From NCBI RefSeq assembly GCF_009914755.1, contig NC_060937.1: a stretch of DNA of 64,000 nt; one strand, given 5' to 3'. The notes under the pieces were generated by a model that was not told where the DNA came from, ran no database searches, and saw nothing but the letters and a program-made list of their open reading frames with translations. The translations under genes and the position numbers were made by a program. This document shows, piece by piece, positions 25,975-38,485 of this stretch (the stretch's first letter is position 1; every line of letters begins with the position of its first letter). Source of the stretch: the human T2T-CHM13v2.0 reference genome, Homo sapiens.

Positions 25975-26912
25975 GTAAGCAGATAAATATAATCTTTTAG
26001 TAAATTATGCACATATTCTTATCTTATCTGATAAAACTAGAAAATATACTAGAAAATAATTCTACTCCCTGCTTCAGCATAAAGGTATAACGTATATATT
26101 CTTTGGGCCCCTTTCCCCCCCTTTTTTTTAATGTTTCTTTAGCATAAAATGGATCTATTATCGAACATAAAGAAAACTTGCTATTTCATTTATGGTGTAT
26201 GTCAGTTACTCATATTAAATATAAATCTCTTAGAATAGGAAATAGGCAATCTGAATAGCATTCTTGTCACCTGTGAATTAATTGCAAATTTAAAACTATG
26301 TGCTATTGTGGTGTGACACAAGAAACTATTTAATATGCTTCCCAAGTACTTTTTTCAGTCCTTAGAGTAAAAATCATCTCACTTAGCACAAAAAATTTGC
26401 AGTGGAGACTACATAATCATAATTATTCATGCAAAATACTTTACACAGCTTCTTACAAAAACAAAGTGATTAAAAGACTGCCATTGTGGTGGAAGAAGAA
26501 AAATGTTATAAATTTAGTAGTTTGGTTAAGATCATAATATATGTAAATCCAAGACCTCAAAATGAAAATAGAGCTGTGATTTAGTGAAGCCAAGACTTCG
26601 AATTGTGTCAAATTGATGCTCCTGAAAATGCAAACTCATTTTTCCCAAAGAGCAATCTGAGAGGAATTATGACCATCACCATCTCCCATCAACACCTACT
26701 CACTAAAGACACTGGAGCTTTTGCGGGTGCCTCATAATTCACTTTCTCTTCAAGCTGCTCTTGAATATAACATTGGTTGGCATTACTAAATCTATCAGGA
26801 GTTGACTTTAGAATAGTTTAGTTACTAGCAAGTCCTACATCAGTAGGCATTCTTCCATCCAGACCAGACCCCAGGCCATGCTGACATGAGCCCCAACAAG
26901 CCTTCTCTACGT

Positions 26913-27086
26913 CAGTGGTCTCAAAGTGAGGCCAGACCAGCAGCCACAGCCCCGGGAACTTGATAGAGATGCAAATTCTCAGCTCCAAACCTATTGGGCA
27001 AAAATTTCTTGAGATGGGGCCTGGCAGTCTGTGCTCTAACATGCTCTCCACAAGATTTTGATGTGATAGAGCTGAGGGTCACCTCT
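26913..27086. mobile_element. MER5A (hAT-Charlie MITE)
   Basis: CAGTGGTCTCAAAGTG...GAACTTGATAGAGATGCAAATTCTC...GGGGCCTGGCAGTCTGTG. Confidence 0.75.
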
Positions 27087-27182
27087 CTACATCATGGAAC
27101 AACCTCCATAAGTACCGACGAGGAAGGCAGGGTGAAGAAGATTAGGCTAGAGAAGGAACCTTAAGTTCAGTTAAAAAATATA

Positions 27183-28240
27183 ACAGCCATGGTATAAAAC
27201 TGTATGGAGTTGTTTTCCACAATAAAACTAAAAATAGAATCATGACATGGTCTAGCAATCTCACTTCTGGGTGTATATCCAAAGGATTTGAAATCAGCAT
27301 ATTGAAGAAATATTTGCGCTCTCATGTTCATTGCAGCACTGTTGACAACAGCCAAGTGAGAGAATCAACCTAAGTATTCATCAATGGATAAATGGTGAAA
27401 GAAAATGTGGAATATCAACACAATGGAATAAAATCCAGCCTTTAAAAAGAGGGAAATTCTGGGCCGGGCGTGGTGGCTCACGCCTGTAATCCCAGCACTT
27501 TGGGAGGCCGAGGCGGGTGGATCACGAGGTCGGGAGATCGAGACCATCCTGGCTAACACGGTGAAACCCCGTCTCTACTAAAAATACAAAAAACAGCTGG
27601 GCGTGGTGGCGGGTGCCTGTAGTGCCAGCTACTCAGGAGGCTGAGGCCAGAGAATGGAGTGAACCCGGGAGGCGGAGCTTGCAGTGAGCCGAGATCATGT
27701 CACTGCAGTCCAGCCTGGGAGACACAGCGAGACTCCGTCTCAAAAAAAAAAGAAGGAAATTCTGTCATTTGCGACAAAATGCGTGAACTTGGAGGACAGT
27801 ATGCTATGTGAAATAAGCCAGGCACAGAAAGAGAAATCCCACATGTTCTCACTTCCATGTGGAATCTAAAACAATCAAGCTCACAGAAGAAGAGAAGAGA
27901 ATGGTTGTTATCTATCACGGGGAATAGGAGGAATGAGGAGATGTTGGACAAAGGGTACATACAGAATTTCAGTTACACTTGAGAATAAGTTTTTTGAGAT
28001 TGTTTGCACAGCCTGGGGATGATAGTTAATAATAGCATACTGTATATTTCAAAATCGCGGAGAGAATAAATTTCAAATGTTCTCACCCTAAAAAAAGTGA
28101 TAAACATTTGAGGGGATGACTTTCTTCATTAGCTTGATTTAATCACTCCACTTTGTATACACATATCATAACATCTCTTCATACCCCATAAATATATACC
28201 ATTATAATTTGTCAATTTACAATCAAATGTTTAAAACATA
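27183..28240 (+). mobile_element. L1MA 3' end, interrupted by AluY
   Basis: CAATCTCACTTCTGGGTGTATATCCAAAGG, CATGTTCATTGCAGCACT and GTGAAATAAGCCAGGCACAGAAAG, followed by an L1MA-type 3'UTR. Confidence 0.9.
27462..27751 (+). mobile_element. AluY
   Basis: GGATCACGAGGTC-GGAGATCGAGACCATCCTGGCTAACACGG and GGAGCTTGCAG. TSD AAGAGGGAAATTCTG / AAGAAGGAAATTCTG. Confidence 0.95.
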
Positions 28241-28699
28241 ACATGGTTTCAAGGTGGTGGCAGCTCTTTAAAGCCTAATTCTCTCTTTATAGGAAAGAAC
28301 TAGTATAATGTCCTGGTTGGCCCAAAGCCCACCCCAGCTGCTATCATCACAGCCCATGTAGCCCTACTGCCATTCATTTTTCTTTCTCATTCAGAAAAAA
28401 ATAGTCTTTTGGGGATCATGTACTACTTACCTTTTTCTCTTCCTTCTCTAATCACATAAGCTGAGAAAGCTTCCAATTTTTTTTCTTTCTTTACTTGTTT
28501 TGTTTTTTTTAATTTAGCCTATCTTTCTCTCTGGGCAAAATCTGGTTTTCTCAGCTTCCCTTCCTTTACTGACATCAGTCAATCTCTACAACTCTTTATC
28601 CAGTTTCCACTTTGACTATGGCAAACAAATTCCCCTCAGATCCTTTGTCCTCACTGTTTTTTTTTTTTTTTTAATGTGGAACATTCCAGAAGCCAGAAC

Positions 28700-29012
28700 T
28701 TGTGAGGCCACTCCCTTCTGGTCATGCAAACTTCAACCTCAATATCCCCTCCTCTAAGAAACCACCCCAAGACCACACAGCAAACCTTAGCCTTGTCCAT
28801 TCATGCTTCAGCATCTCACACTGTTAATTTATTATCCCTCTGAAACATTCTCCTTTTACTTAATTCTTTCTTTCTTTGGGCTCTCTGGGTACAGATGTGA
28901 ACTTCATCAGAGCAAGGATCTTGTCAGTCTTGTTCCCATGGTATACTCAACACCAATGCCTGGCACCAAAGAGTAGACACTCTTCAAATATGTGTTCAAT
29001 AAATGAATGAAT
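28700..29012 (+). mobile_element. L2 3' end
   Basis: GAGCAAGGATCTTGTCAGTCTTGTTC...GCCTGGCAC...AATAAATGAATGAAT. Confidence 0.7.
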
Positions 29013-29649
29013 ACAGTGCCATTATTTCATGTTTTTCCATTAACTAGAATTCTTTTGATTGAAAGTAACAAATTATTTCAACCTAGGTTAGTCAAACAGA
29101 ATATTTGTGAAAGGATACAAAAATATCTCTCAGAAATCCAGGAGAAAAGCATATTGAGACTTCAAAACATTGGGATAGAGCGTGGGATGCAAGCGCCGGC
29201 TCTGCCCTTCTCTACCTCTGCCGTGTTTTTGCCTTTTCTCTCGTCACGCTGCCGTACCTCACTCCCCTGGTCCACATGGCAGAAGACATGGCGCTGATAC
29301 TGTTGAAGTTGTGCTGGTTCCCACCTGAGCCTGGTGGAGAAAGAATGGATTCTCATTCTCACTCCCAGCTCCACAATTTCCAGGGAAGCATTCTATTCGA
29401 TCCAACTATGTCGGGTTCCCAATCGTAGCGGAAGGGCAGCAAGTGAGGGCAGAGGCTTTAACGTTGCACTATCATGAAAGTTTATTAGTACCCACTCAGG
29501 TTTCACAGGATAAAAAGGGCAGTTCTTCAAAAAAAGGAAGACAATTTTCAAGGAAAGAGAGGTGCTGAGTAGACAACACATTGGTTCTCACTCTAGTTGA
29601 GTATTATTAATTATGGCTTGGCCACTGGGATGCCCGTTGACAAACTAAG

Positions 29650-29890
29650 GGGCAATATAGTATTTGGTGAGGACTGTCAACTTTACAGCCCATCTTCTGG
29701 GGTTCAAATCTCAACCCTGCCACCTCAAAACTGTGTGGCCTGAATCAAGAATCGTCTCCTAGCTGTGCCTCAGTTGGTCCTCTGTGACATGGGGACAACA
29801 CAAGTCCACTATGATGATTCGTGCATGAAGAGAAGTTCCAGTGGTGCCTAACATATAGTAAGTGTTCAATTTGTGTCAATTGTATTATTT
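29650..29890 (+). mobile_element. MIR
   Basis: GGGTTCAAATCTC...CTGTGCCTCAGTT...GTGCCTAACATATAGTAAGTGTTCAAT. Confidence 0.7.
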
Positions 29891-30368
29891 TTACTGATTC
29901 TGTGTTTGAATGAGTTAATGTAGCATTCAAAAGAGCCTAAGAAACGAAGTTTTGACATTACAGAGTGCAACGAAACAGTGGTTACAGGCACAAACTAACA
30001 AACTATCTGCAAATGTATACTGTCAAAAGAAATGTTAGACACACTTCAGTTTTTTCAGAAACATTTCCACACATTAGTAGAAATACTGTCATCTTGATAT
30101 AAAAATGGCAGTCATTTGAATATGTGAGTGTGGGTTTGTAACACAAGAAAGAAAAATATTTTTTTTCTATAAATGGACATGTGATGGGATCAGCTGTCAC
30201 CAACTCCACTGCTCATTCTCCCCTCCTGACCCCACAGACAATGCTCTAGGTGTATCTCTTCCTCACATCAACACTTCTCACCCACAGGCTTGGTCATCCT
30301 CTGTGGAATCACTGAATCTGTGAGAGCTGCTCCAGGCAGAGGGATTCAGAGATGTACTTCAAGAGTCA

Positions 30369-30662
30369 GGCCATGCACGGTGGCTCAGGCCTGTAATCCC
30401 AGCACTTTGGGAGGCTGAGGCTGGCAGATCACTTCAGGTCAGGAGTTCAAGACCAGCATGGCCACCAGGGCAAAACCCCATCTCTACTAAGAGTACAAAA
30501 ATTAATCGAGTGTGCTGATGCATGCCTGTAATCCCAGCTACTTGGGAGGCTGAGGCACGAATTCACTTGATGCCGAGACACAGAGGCTGCAGTGAGCCGA
30601 GATGGCACCACTGCATTCCAGCCTGAGCAACAGAGACTCTGTGTCAGAAAACAACAACAAAT
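30369..30662 (+). mobile_element. AluS
   Basis: Full dimer with GATCACTTCAGGTCAGGAGTTCAAGACCAG and an (AAC)n tail. Confidence 0.93.
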
Positions 30663-31018
30663 TTCTTAAAGCCTGTTTCTCCATGGCTAGGTCTAAACGA
30701 CAGTGGCCTGGGGAAACAGGGAAAAAACAAAAAACAAAAAAAAAAACAAGCATGTGGTCAGAGAGGAGGCAGCAGGGTCACCTTGAAGCTGAGCTGAAGC
30801 AGTTCCTCAAGAAGGTTCTGTGGAAACACGGAGCTACAGAGCCAGCTGTCCTCCTGTTTCCATCTGGGGACTCAACTGCCCCAGAGACACAGGGGCAGTG
30901 CCGTCTGTAGTAGCATGGTCAGCCCACAGGAACTCCACCCAGCAACTCCTCTGTCCACATGTGCTTCCTGGCTGAGTACTTGAGTTGACCATCTGTCCAT
31001 TGGACACTTGCGTGCCTA

Positions 31019-31414
<396 letters not shown>

Positions 31415-33563
31415 CTAGCTATAGATTAAAGGACATCTACCATAACCACATTAGCTTGCATTTTCACAGAAAAAGATTTGATGGAGATCACAATCTGTGA
31501 ATGAGGGTATGGCTGGAAAGACTGTCTAGTGCTCAATAGTTGACAAACACTATCAAGTAATTTGTAGCCACGCCAGCTATCTGTGTGATCGAGTGCTATT
31601 GCGGCTTTACTATCACGAGGAGAAAATTATCCTAAGGAAGGTAAACGAAATAACAAAACACTGCTAGTTTTCTGTTGTCATTTTCCCCCTTCCATTCCCT
31701 GATTTATTAATCTTTACATTCCTTGTAACTTTCTATTAATGTTTCTTGACTGTTTTTCTACTGGCAAATATTTCACCTGTTACAATTAAAACACGGTGGC
31801 AGTCCAACACATGTTGAGTGGTTAAACACCACAGTCTTCTCCACATCCACGTGAAGTTTCTATTTAAAATGTTAGTTTGAATTCCTTTATTCTCAGTTAC
31901 TTGGGCTGCCCTGTTTTCTTCTAGATCTCAAAACAATTTCAGATAGCAAAGATTTTCTGGCCGAAGAGAAAAGATGTAATTTTTAAAAGTTCAATCATTC
32001 TTAATTATTATTGTAAATGTAAACATACCCATATAAATAAACCACACATGTGGATATAACGTTATTTGGTAGGTTGCTACTTTCTGAAGGAACAGGACTT
32101 TCTCATTAACCTGTAATAATTTGACAAAATAATGTGTGAATCAGAATGAATACCATTACAAGATATTAGTCATTTTATTATTTTCAATAATTAAAATATC
32201 TACTTTTAAGTTAGTAAATTTACCTAAAATGAAAGTAAGCTCTAGCATTTTACATCAGTTACAAGGCACTGTTTTTTTAATATTCCAATTTGTGACCAGG
32301 AGGATGTTCATCTCACTCTTTCAAAGCCATCCAGAACCAAAGATGCTGGAGTTAAGGCAAATCAATCCTATTCCATCTGCTGGTCCCTCCTCCTGAAATC
32401 GAGGCTGCTGCTGTTGGCTCTTAACTTGAGCTCCCATTTGCCATTATTGGGTTGCTCAATGCTCAACAATTTGTATTTTGATACCTTTACTTAACCTTCG
32501 TAATTTGTTAATATTCACCCACTGCTTCTCTGAAGCATGCGGCTCCCTTCAGCCTTACTACGCTTCAACGTCGCTACGCTTCAACCTCAGCCAATGCAAA
32601 ATATTTATTAGAAACATGCAAAGAACTGCTAAGGAGGGGCTTGATCTAAAATGACCTTCAAAGACCCTTTGAAAGCTAAGATTTTTATGACCCTACGGCT
32701 ACATGAGGAGTCAAGATTAAACCCATCCAATGGTCGGCAATAAGAATTAGACTGTGCTCAGCTCCCACTCTACGTGAAGTTGCAGGCGCCCAACAGAAAT
32801 GCGCCCTGAAAAGCATGGTCAAAGTCATTCACCAAAGTCTCAGTGGCATGTGTAACCCATAGAAAAAACCCAGGCATCAAAGTCACATTTGTGGTAACTC
32901 TAGAGATTAACACTGTCATCATTTCTTGTTCAAATATAAATAAAAATAGGAAACATGGTCAATATTTGATCGTCGTCAAATTTGCATTGGAGAGTTCTAG
33001 GGAAGACAAAGTTTGTTTTATATCTTATTCCAAGTCAGTGTTTCCACGTGGTTAGAGATACAGGATTACCTCAGTCTTGAAAACATACAACTGACCAGGA
33101 ATGACTAAAACATTTTCCAATTTAAATGTTGAACAAACAGGTATGAGTAACCTCAAAAATAATATTTTAAAAATTGAGGGTGCCTGCTGGTTGGACACAT
33201 GGAAATAAAATGTTGACATTAACAACACTGCCAAGGACCTGCTACCCAATAGAAAATTTGAATTCACAATAGCAATGCAGTCAAGGGAGATGGAGCTGTG
33301 CCATTAAAGATACTTTTTTCCATGTAGCTGTATTTTAAGATTCTCCAGAGTGCTTGTGCCCACAACTTATGTTTTAAAAAATAGCAAGGTTGTCATGCTA
33401 CATACCAGAATAGTGAGGCATCTTCCACCCAGGGCCTTGGGATAGGTTTTGCTGCATGGTACCATATCTCTTCAATGAACAGAAATTCATTTAATTTTCT
33501 CATCAAATCCCTGAATGTCTACAAAAGCTGGGGTAAGGGGGAGCCTTTGCATTTTTCTATCCC

Positions 33564-33774
33564 AGGGATGGAAACAGATATTCCATGCAAATGGAAACCC
33601 TGAAAGCAAGCAGGAGTAGCTATTCTTATATCAGACAAAACAGACTTTAAAGCAACAACGGTTAAAAGAGACAAAGAGGAACATTATATAATGATGAAAG
33701 GATTAGTCCAACAGGAAAATATCACAATCCTGAATATATATGCCCCTAACACTGGAGCTCCCAAATTTATAAAA
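33564..33774 (+). mobile_element. Isolated internal L1 (L1PB-like) ORF2 endonuclease fragment
   Basis: Translates, with one frameshift, as GWKQIFHANGN / KQAGVAILISDKTDFKATTVKRDKEEHYIMMKGLVQQENITILNIYAPNTGAPKFIK. Confidence 0.9.
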
Positions 33775-34100
33775 TGTTTTCCTATCCTACAAACCTAAGC
33801 ATAAATTTTATCTTGAGCAAAATTCCACTCTGCCTCACCCCAAAGGTTTAAACAAATATGTGAGGTTTGTTCACAAAACTCCAACTGAAAACATAAGGCA
33901 TAATAACCATTTCTAGGCAGCCAACTGCTGAAACTAGTCTATAGTTTATTTGTATTGCTCTTATCCTGCTTAAATAGGATTGAGGATGTCAGCCCCTTCT
34001 TGCCTCCTAACCCAGAATGCTGAATAGCAGTTTCAGCCACGGTCACATCAGTTTAATGTGAAACTACCCAGAGCCTAAGAATTGTACACCATCCAACTAC

Positions 34101-34170
34101 CTCAGCCGTTAACTAAAATTGTCCCTCAGATATGCAGAACCACTGACCAAGATAACATATTTTACTGTTT
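34101..34170 (-). other. Candidate short non-coding first exon of a - strand gene (possibly a distal PDE4D exon; unverified; 5' boundary is a guess)
   Basis: Donor GAG|GTAGTT on the - strand at 34101/34100. No clear acceptor. CACCC-box cluster 60-100 bp upstream. Confidence 0.3.
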
Positions 34171-34229
34171 ACCATAATGAAGACACAGGCTAGTTTGTGA
34201 CACATGCTTCTGTAAGGACACACAGCCTC

Positions 34230-34275
34230 AGTCAGGGTGGAGCGGAGTTGGGTGGGTGCAATTACCCACCCACGT
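34230..34275. promoter_or_regulatory. CACCC/KLF-Sp box cluster including a 9-bp inverted repeat
   Basis: CAGGGTGG at 34233. TGGGTGGGT-gcaatt-ACCCACCCA at 34249-34272. Confidence 0.35.
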
Positions 34276-37200
34276 AGCCCCAGCTTCCTTTACCAAATCA
34301 CACATTGTGGCTAAAGTGCAGATTCTACTTGTGAAACTAAATATATTTCACATTTGCTGTGATTAGCCAGTGTATCATATTATTTCAAGTGATTACAGCT
34401 ATTGGCAAGCAAAGGATTTTATTTTCTGAGCATTTTCATCCATTTTTAGGCCACAGAAACAGAATTTTCTAGAAATTCTTGTCTTGGAATATATTCTTAA
34501 AGAAGTGCCTATCTGAAGGAGCCATTTCTACCAAACCAATTTGATTACTGGATTACTTTTTTACATGTAACAACATGAAAACAACGTTCATCATGCCTTG
34601 AAAAATATAATAAAAACTAATAAATTCAAAAACACAGAAATATTTTCTAATATCCTTTTTTAATTTAGCAGTGATTCTTGTGTTTTCTCCAAACCAATTT
34701 TGCTTCAGATGTTCCAAAGAAAAAAAAATGCCTTCAAATCTTCAGAAAATAACTCAGATGCTTTTATTTAAAATGAGCTTTGCCATCAGGGAACTGTTAG
34801 TCTATAGGAAGCTGTCGTCAAATAGAAACTCTAATCACCTTGCTACCCACTTCACGAAAGTTCATAATAGTCAGTTACATGTGACCTTCCACAATTAGTT
34901 TATTTGGGATTACAGCTTGATTCCCCAAAGATTTGGATATTTAACAAGGAATTACTACTGACTTAAATAAGTTCACAGGAGATACTGAGTGTACTGTGTC
35001 TGCTATGCACACAAATGCAAAAAGGCCAACATCCCTATAAATGTGTGATTCATTTTAGCCTGATTAGCAACGGTTTTCAAAATGGCTCCATTAATCCTCA
35101 CACAACCACCCCCCATCTCAACCCAGAATCAACAAAATCTTCAGCTTATTTAAGCTTGAAACTTGAGAAAATAATCTTACACTATATTGGAACCCCAAAT
35201 GCAGCTGTAGGTATCCCTCTGAGACGGTCACAGGGTTAGTAGACACCTCAGTAAAAGAGTTTTATTAGCATTTAATTTATTTAATTTTGAAGGGATTAAA
35301 TGAAATGTTAGCATAACTGACTACAATCCACATTCCACAATCAACAACCCGATACCATTCCTTCTTCCAAGAAAATGACCGTGTATTTTGAGAATAGCTT
35401 ATATAGTCAGCATGTTTTACAGGTTTCTCTGGAAAGGGAAAAAAAAGATGATGAATAATACAAGGTTTTTCAGCTAACTAGCTACTTAAGAAGGAAGCAG
35501 TCATACGCCAAACCATAGTGAGTCATGTCAACCTGTTTGAAGACAAATCTATGCCTTCGATTCTCACTTCTATCTGAAAAATAAATTACTATTCTCTATT
35601 TATTACACATGCTTCTGTTCAGTGATGGACATGATGGGGGCTAAATTGGAGTGCATTGTAGAAAAACTTCCAGATCATAACTGAATATTTAAGCAGCTTT
35701 TCCTATTTCACTGACACAGTAAGAAAAGCACTAACCTTTGCCATTAGGCCCTTTAGGCTCAATTTTTACCTGAACAAAATCAGCCAAAACTACATAGAAG
35801 GAATCTCACACTCACACAAATAATGTCAATGAAATGCATTTTTCACCAATTTTCTCCTTCTGTGCCTATTTATGTAACGATGTATAAAGGACACAGTATT
35901 TCCAGATATTATTTTCCAGCCAGAAAATTAATTGTGAATCATAAAAGGGAAAAAAAATCACTGCTCCAAACAAAGAAAATTACCTGCTGGTTTCATACAA
36001 ATCAGGGCTGGCACTGGAAGCACAGGATGCTGGCTTTTCAGTGCAGCATCCATTTAAGCTGGCATCTGATGACAGTGAGCACGCTGCCAATATCAGCTGC
36101 ATGCCAACCCTATCACTAGTGGGACTGGCAGCACCAAAATAAAACAAAGACCAGATTACCGGCCTTGAAAATATCAAGAGGGAGGAACTGCTGCTTAAGA
36201 GGCATTTAAATAATCTTCCTACGTTTCTTAACAAGATTACCCCTAAAAGCCCCCTGGGAAACCAACTCCTTCCTCCCTGCTGGTTTGTACCCCTCTGGAT
36301 AGAAGGCTTTGCATCGAACTCTTCTTAGCGTACCTCTCCACCAAGTATGGAAGTTAAGCCGCACCCGACTGGCTGCCACTGTTAATGAGGTTGTTGTCAG
36401 CCAGCCGAAACCCACACTGAGAGATTACAGTTCAGTATTCCCCTCTCCAGGCCCAACAGGAGAAACTGAGCTGTCTCTGCACATTCAGGGCTGAGTTTAT
36501 GTCCTTTGATTGTCCTAGCATTTTACTTTCACGAGTGTGTGCATCTACCCAGCAAACCTAGGAAGCAAGCTGAGGACTATTTTTCCCACTCATATATAGG
36601 GAAAAAAAAGGGGGTGGGGACTGCAAGAAGCCAGGTTTGCTGGTTTGTTCTCTTCCCACGTAGCACCCATCACCACCTCAAAAACACACATTGGGCACTT
36701 TTAAAGGTTGCTTTCCTTAAAGCTGTGAATGTGATCGATGTACACAATGTCTCAATGGCTAGGATCTGAGTTACCCATACATTCAAGTCCCATTCACCAC
36801 TTGGATGAATGGCCCTTACTACTTCAGGTTGCGAATATCAACTAGATGAGCTGCTGGTGGATCCCCCTCCATGCTGGCAGAGAACTGTTTCCCCTTCACC
36901 ACCTTCATCCGATGAGCAGCAGCATGAAGGAGAGAACACCTCTCCGCATCCTGCTAACTCTATTCATCAGTTTTAGACCTGTAATACATACGCTTTTAAA
37001 TGCCTACCATTCTACTCAATGACTGCCCAGAAAGAATTTTAGACAGTAGAGAATCTAGGCCGTCATGGGAATAGCTGTATTACCTCAAAGATTCCCCTCC
37101 TAAATAATAACTTAAGTTTCTCAACATGTTCTACAGAACGCTGTAAAGGATTGCTTTTAGGATGACAATGCATAGCTATAAACAGCGAGTACGGAGAAGT

Positions 37201-38078
37201 TCAGGTCATTTTCTACATGCGTAGCCTATAAAATTTCATTTATTAGATTGAAAACCCCCCTAAAAACCATAGGACATAGATTTTTTAAATGCGGAAATAA
37301 AGATCAATTCTGCTGTAGAATTTTGAATTTCTAAGTTTAAGGTGAATCCTAAATTGCTTAGAAACATTGTTTGTCTTCAGTTATTGTAATATTCTCATTC
37401 AATTAAAAAAATTAGGTGCTGTAATTCAGACTTTTAATTAAGTGAATTAGCTTTTGACATTTTCTTGGAAAAAGATGTTCCCAGTGTGGCTTTTCCCCTT
37501 TACTTGCAGTTAAACATTCCTTAGTACTTTTAAAATACTTTGGTAAGAAATACGCAGTTTATAGCAAGGTGCCAGCTTTGTTCAGACTCCAGGGGAGAGC
37601 AGCCGCTAAGCTCAGGCATTGCAGCAAGAGGGGGAAATTTGCACTGAATCTGAATGACTTTTTTATAGTGAAAGATGCAAATACTACAAAATATCTGTGG
37701 TGATTCTTGAGACAAACTCTACTGATATTCCTATACCTCTACTGTTTTGTTTACTGAGGCAGAACAGATCCTGGCCACATCTAAGTATGTCTTGACTCTG
37801 CTTTAGCGTCTCACCTGTAGGTTTTCTGTTGCCACATTCCTGTTGCTCAAAGTTGTCAAAGGAAAAGTTAACTGTGCCACTGAACAAAGACCTCTGTACA
37901 TTTGTCTCAAGTTAGATGAAGAAGCCCTGTGAACTGAGCATTAACTACAGGAGAAGCACCATCCTTGCCATATGTGTTATATGTCTCATATCACACTATT
38001 TCTAATAATTGTTAGAGAACAATCAGCTGCCGTGCAGAGATCATTGACAATCTCTTCCCACTGCCTCTGTTATTCAAG

Positions 38079-38130
38079 AGTTTGTTTCTATGGTGGAGCT
38101 AATGAGTCTCATCCTTGCAGCTAATCAAAT
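38079..38130 (+). ncRNA. Penultimate exon of a spliced + strand transcript (probable lncRNA; possibly a PART1 isoform, unverified)
   Basis: TCTCTTCCCACTGCCTCTGTTATTCAAG| acceptor and AAT|GTAAGT donor. Confidence 0.55.
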
Positions 38131-38259
38131 GTAAGTCTTTGTATTTTAGCAAAAAAAAATAGTAATAATGTAGCTTTTTTCTTTTGTAATAAGTATCCAG
38201 TCTGGTATTCCTCTAATTAAGAAGTCAGACTTTTAAAATGTTCTCTATTCGTTGCCTAG

Positions 38260-38465
38260 GTACAAAAGCATCAACAGAATTAAGATGGTTAGTGAGGTGA
38301 GGCCTTGAAATCAACATCTCCGCCTCCTTGCATAAACCCTTCATTGAGACTCCTCTTCCATTTGGGCAACTTGATGTGGTTCAAGAGCATGGAGAATTGA
38401 TCTCTTAAGACTCATAAAATATTTGCTTCTTCAAAAAGAATAAAGGAACTGAAACAAGTGATTGT
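38260..38465 (+). ncRNA. Terminal exon of the same transcript
   Basis: Branch-like CTAAT at 38213 and TTCTCTATTCGTTGCCTAG|G acceptor. AATAAA at 38439-38444 followed by GU-rich TGATTGTGGTATGTGTGTATTTGTG. Confidence 0.6.
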
Positions 38466-38485
38466 GGTATGTGTGTATTTGTGCC
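38439..38485 (+). terminator. Polyadenylation signal with GU-rich downstream element
   Basis: AATAAA, a CA about 11 nt later, then a GU-rich tract. Confidence 0.6.

Noticed and set aside
27580-27745. AluY variants (AAAAAACAGC, GACACAGCGAG) as a species indicator
   Set aside because: One or two substitutions in a single copy cannot assign a lineage-specific subfamily without alignment.
32558-32586. CTACGCTTCAAC repeated at 16-bp spacing
   Set aside because: Ordinary small tandem duplication (similar ones near 48297 and 60271); no evidence of function.
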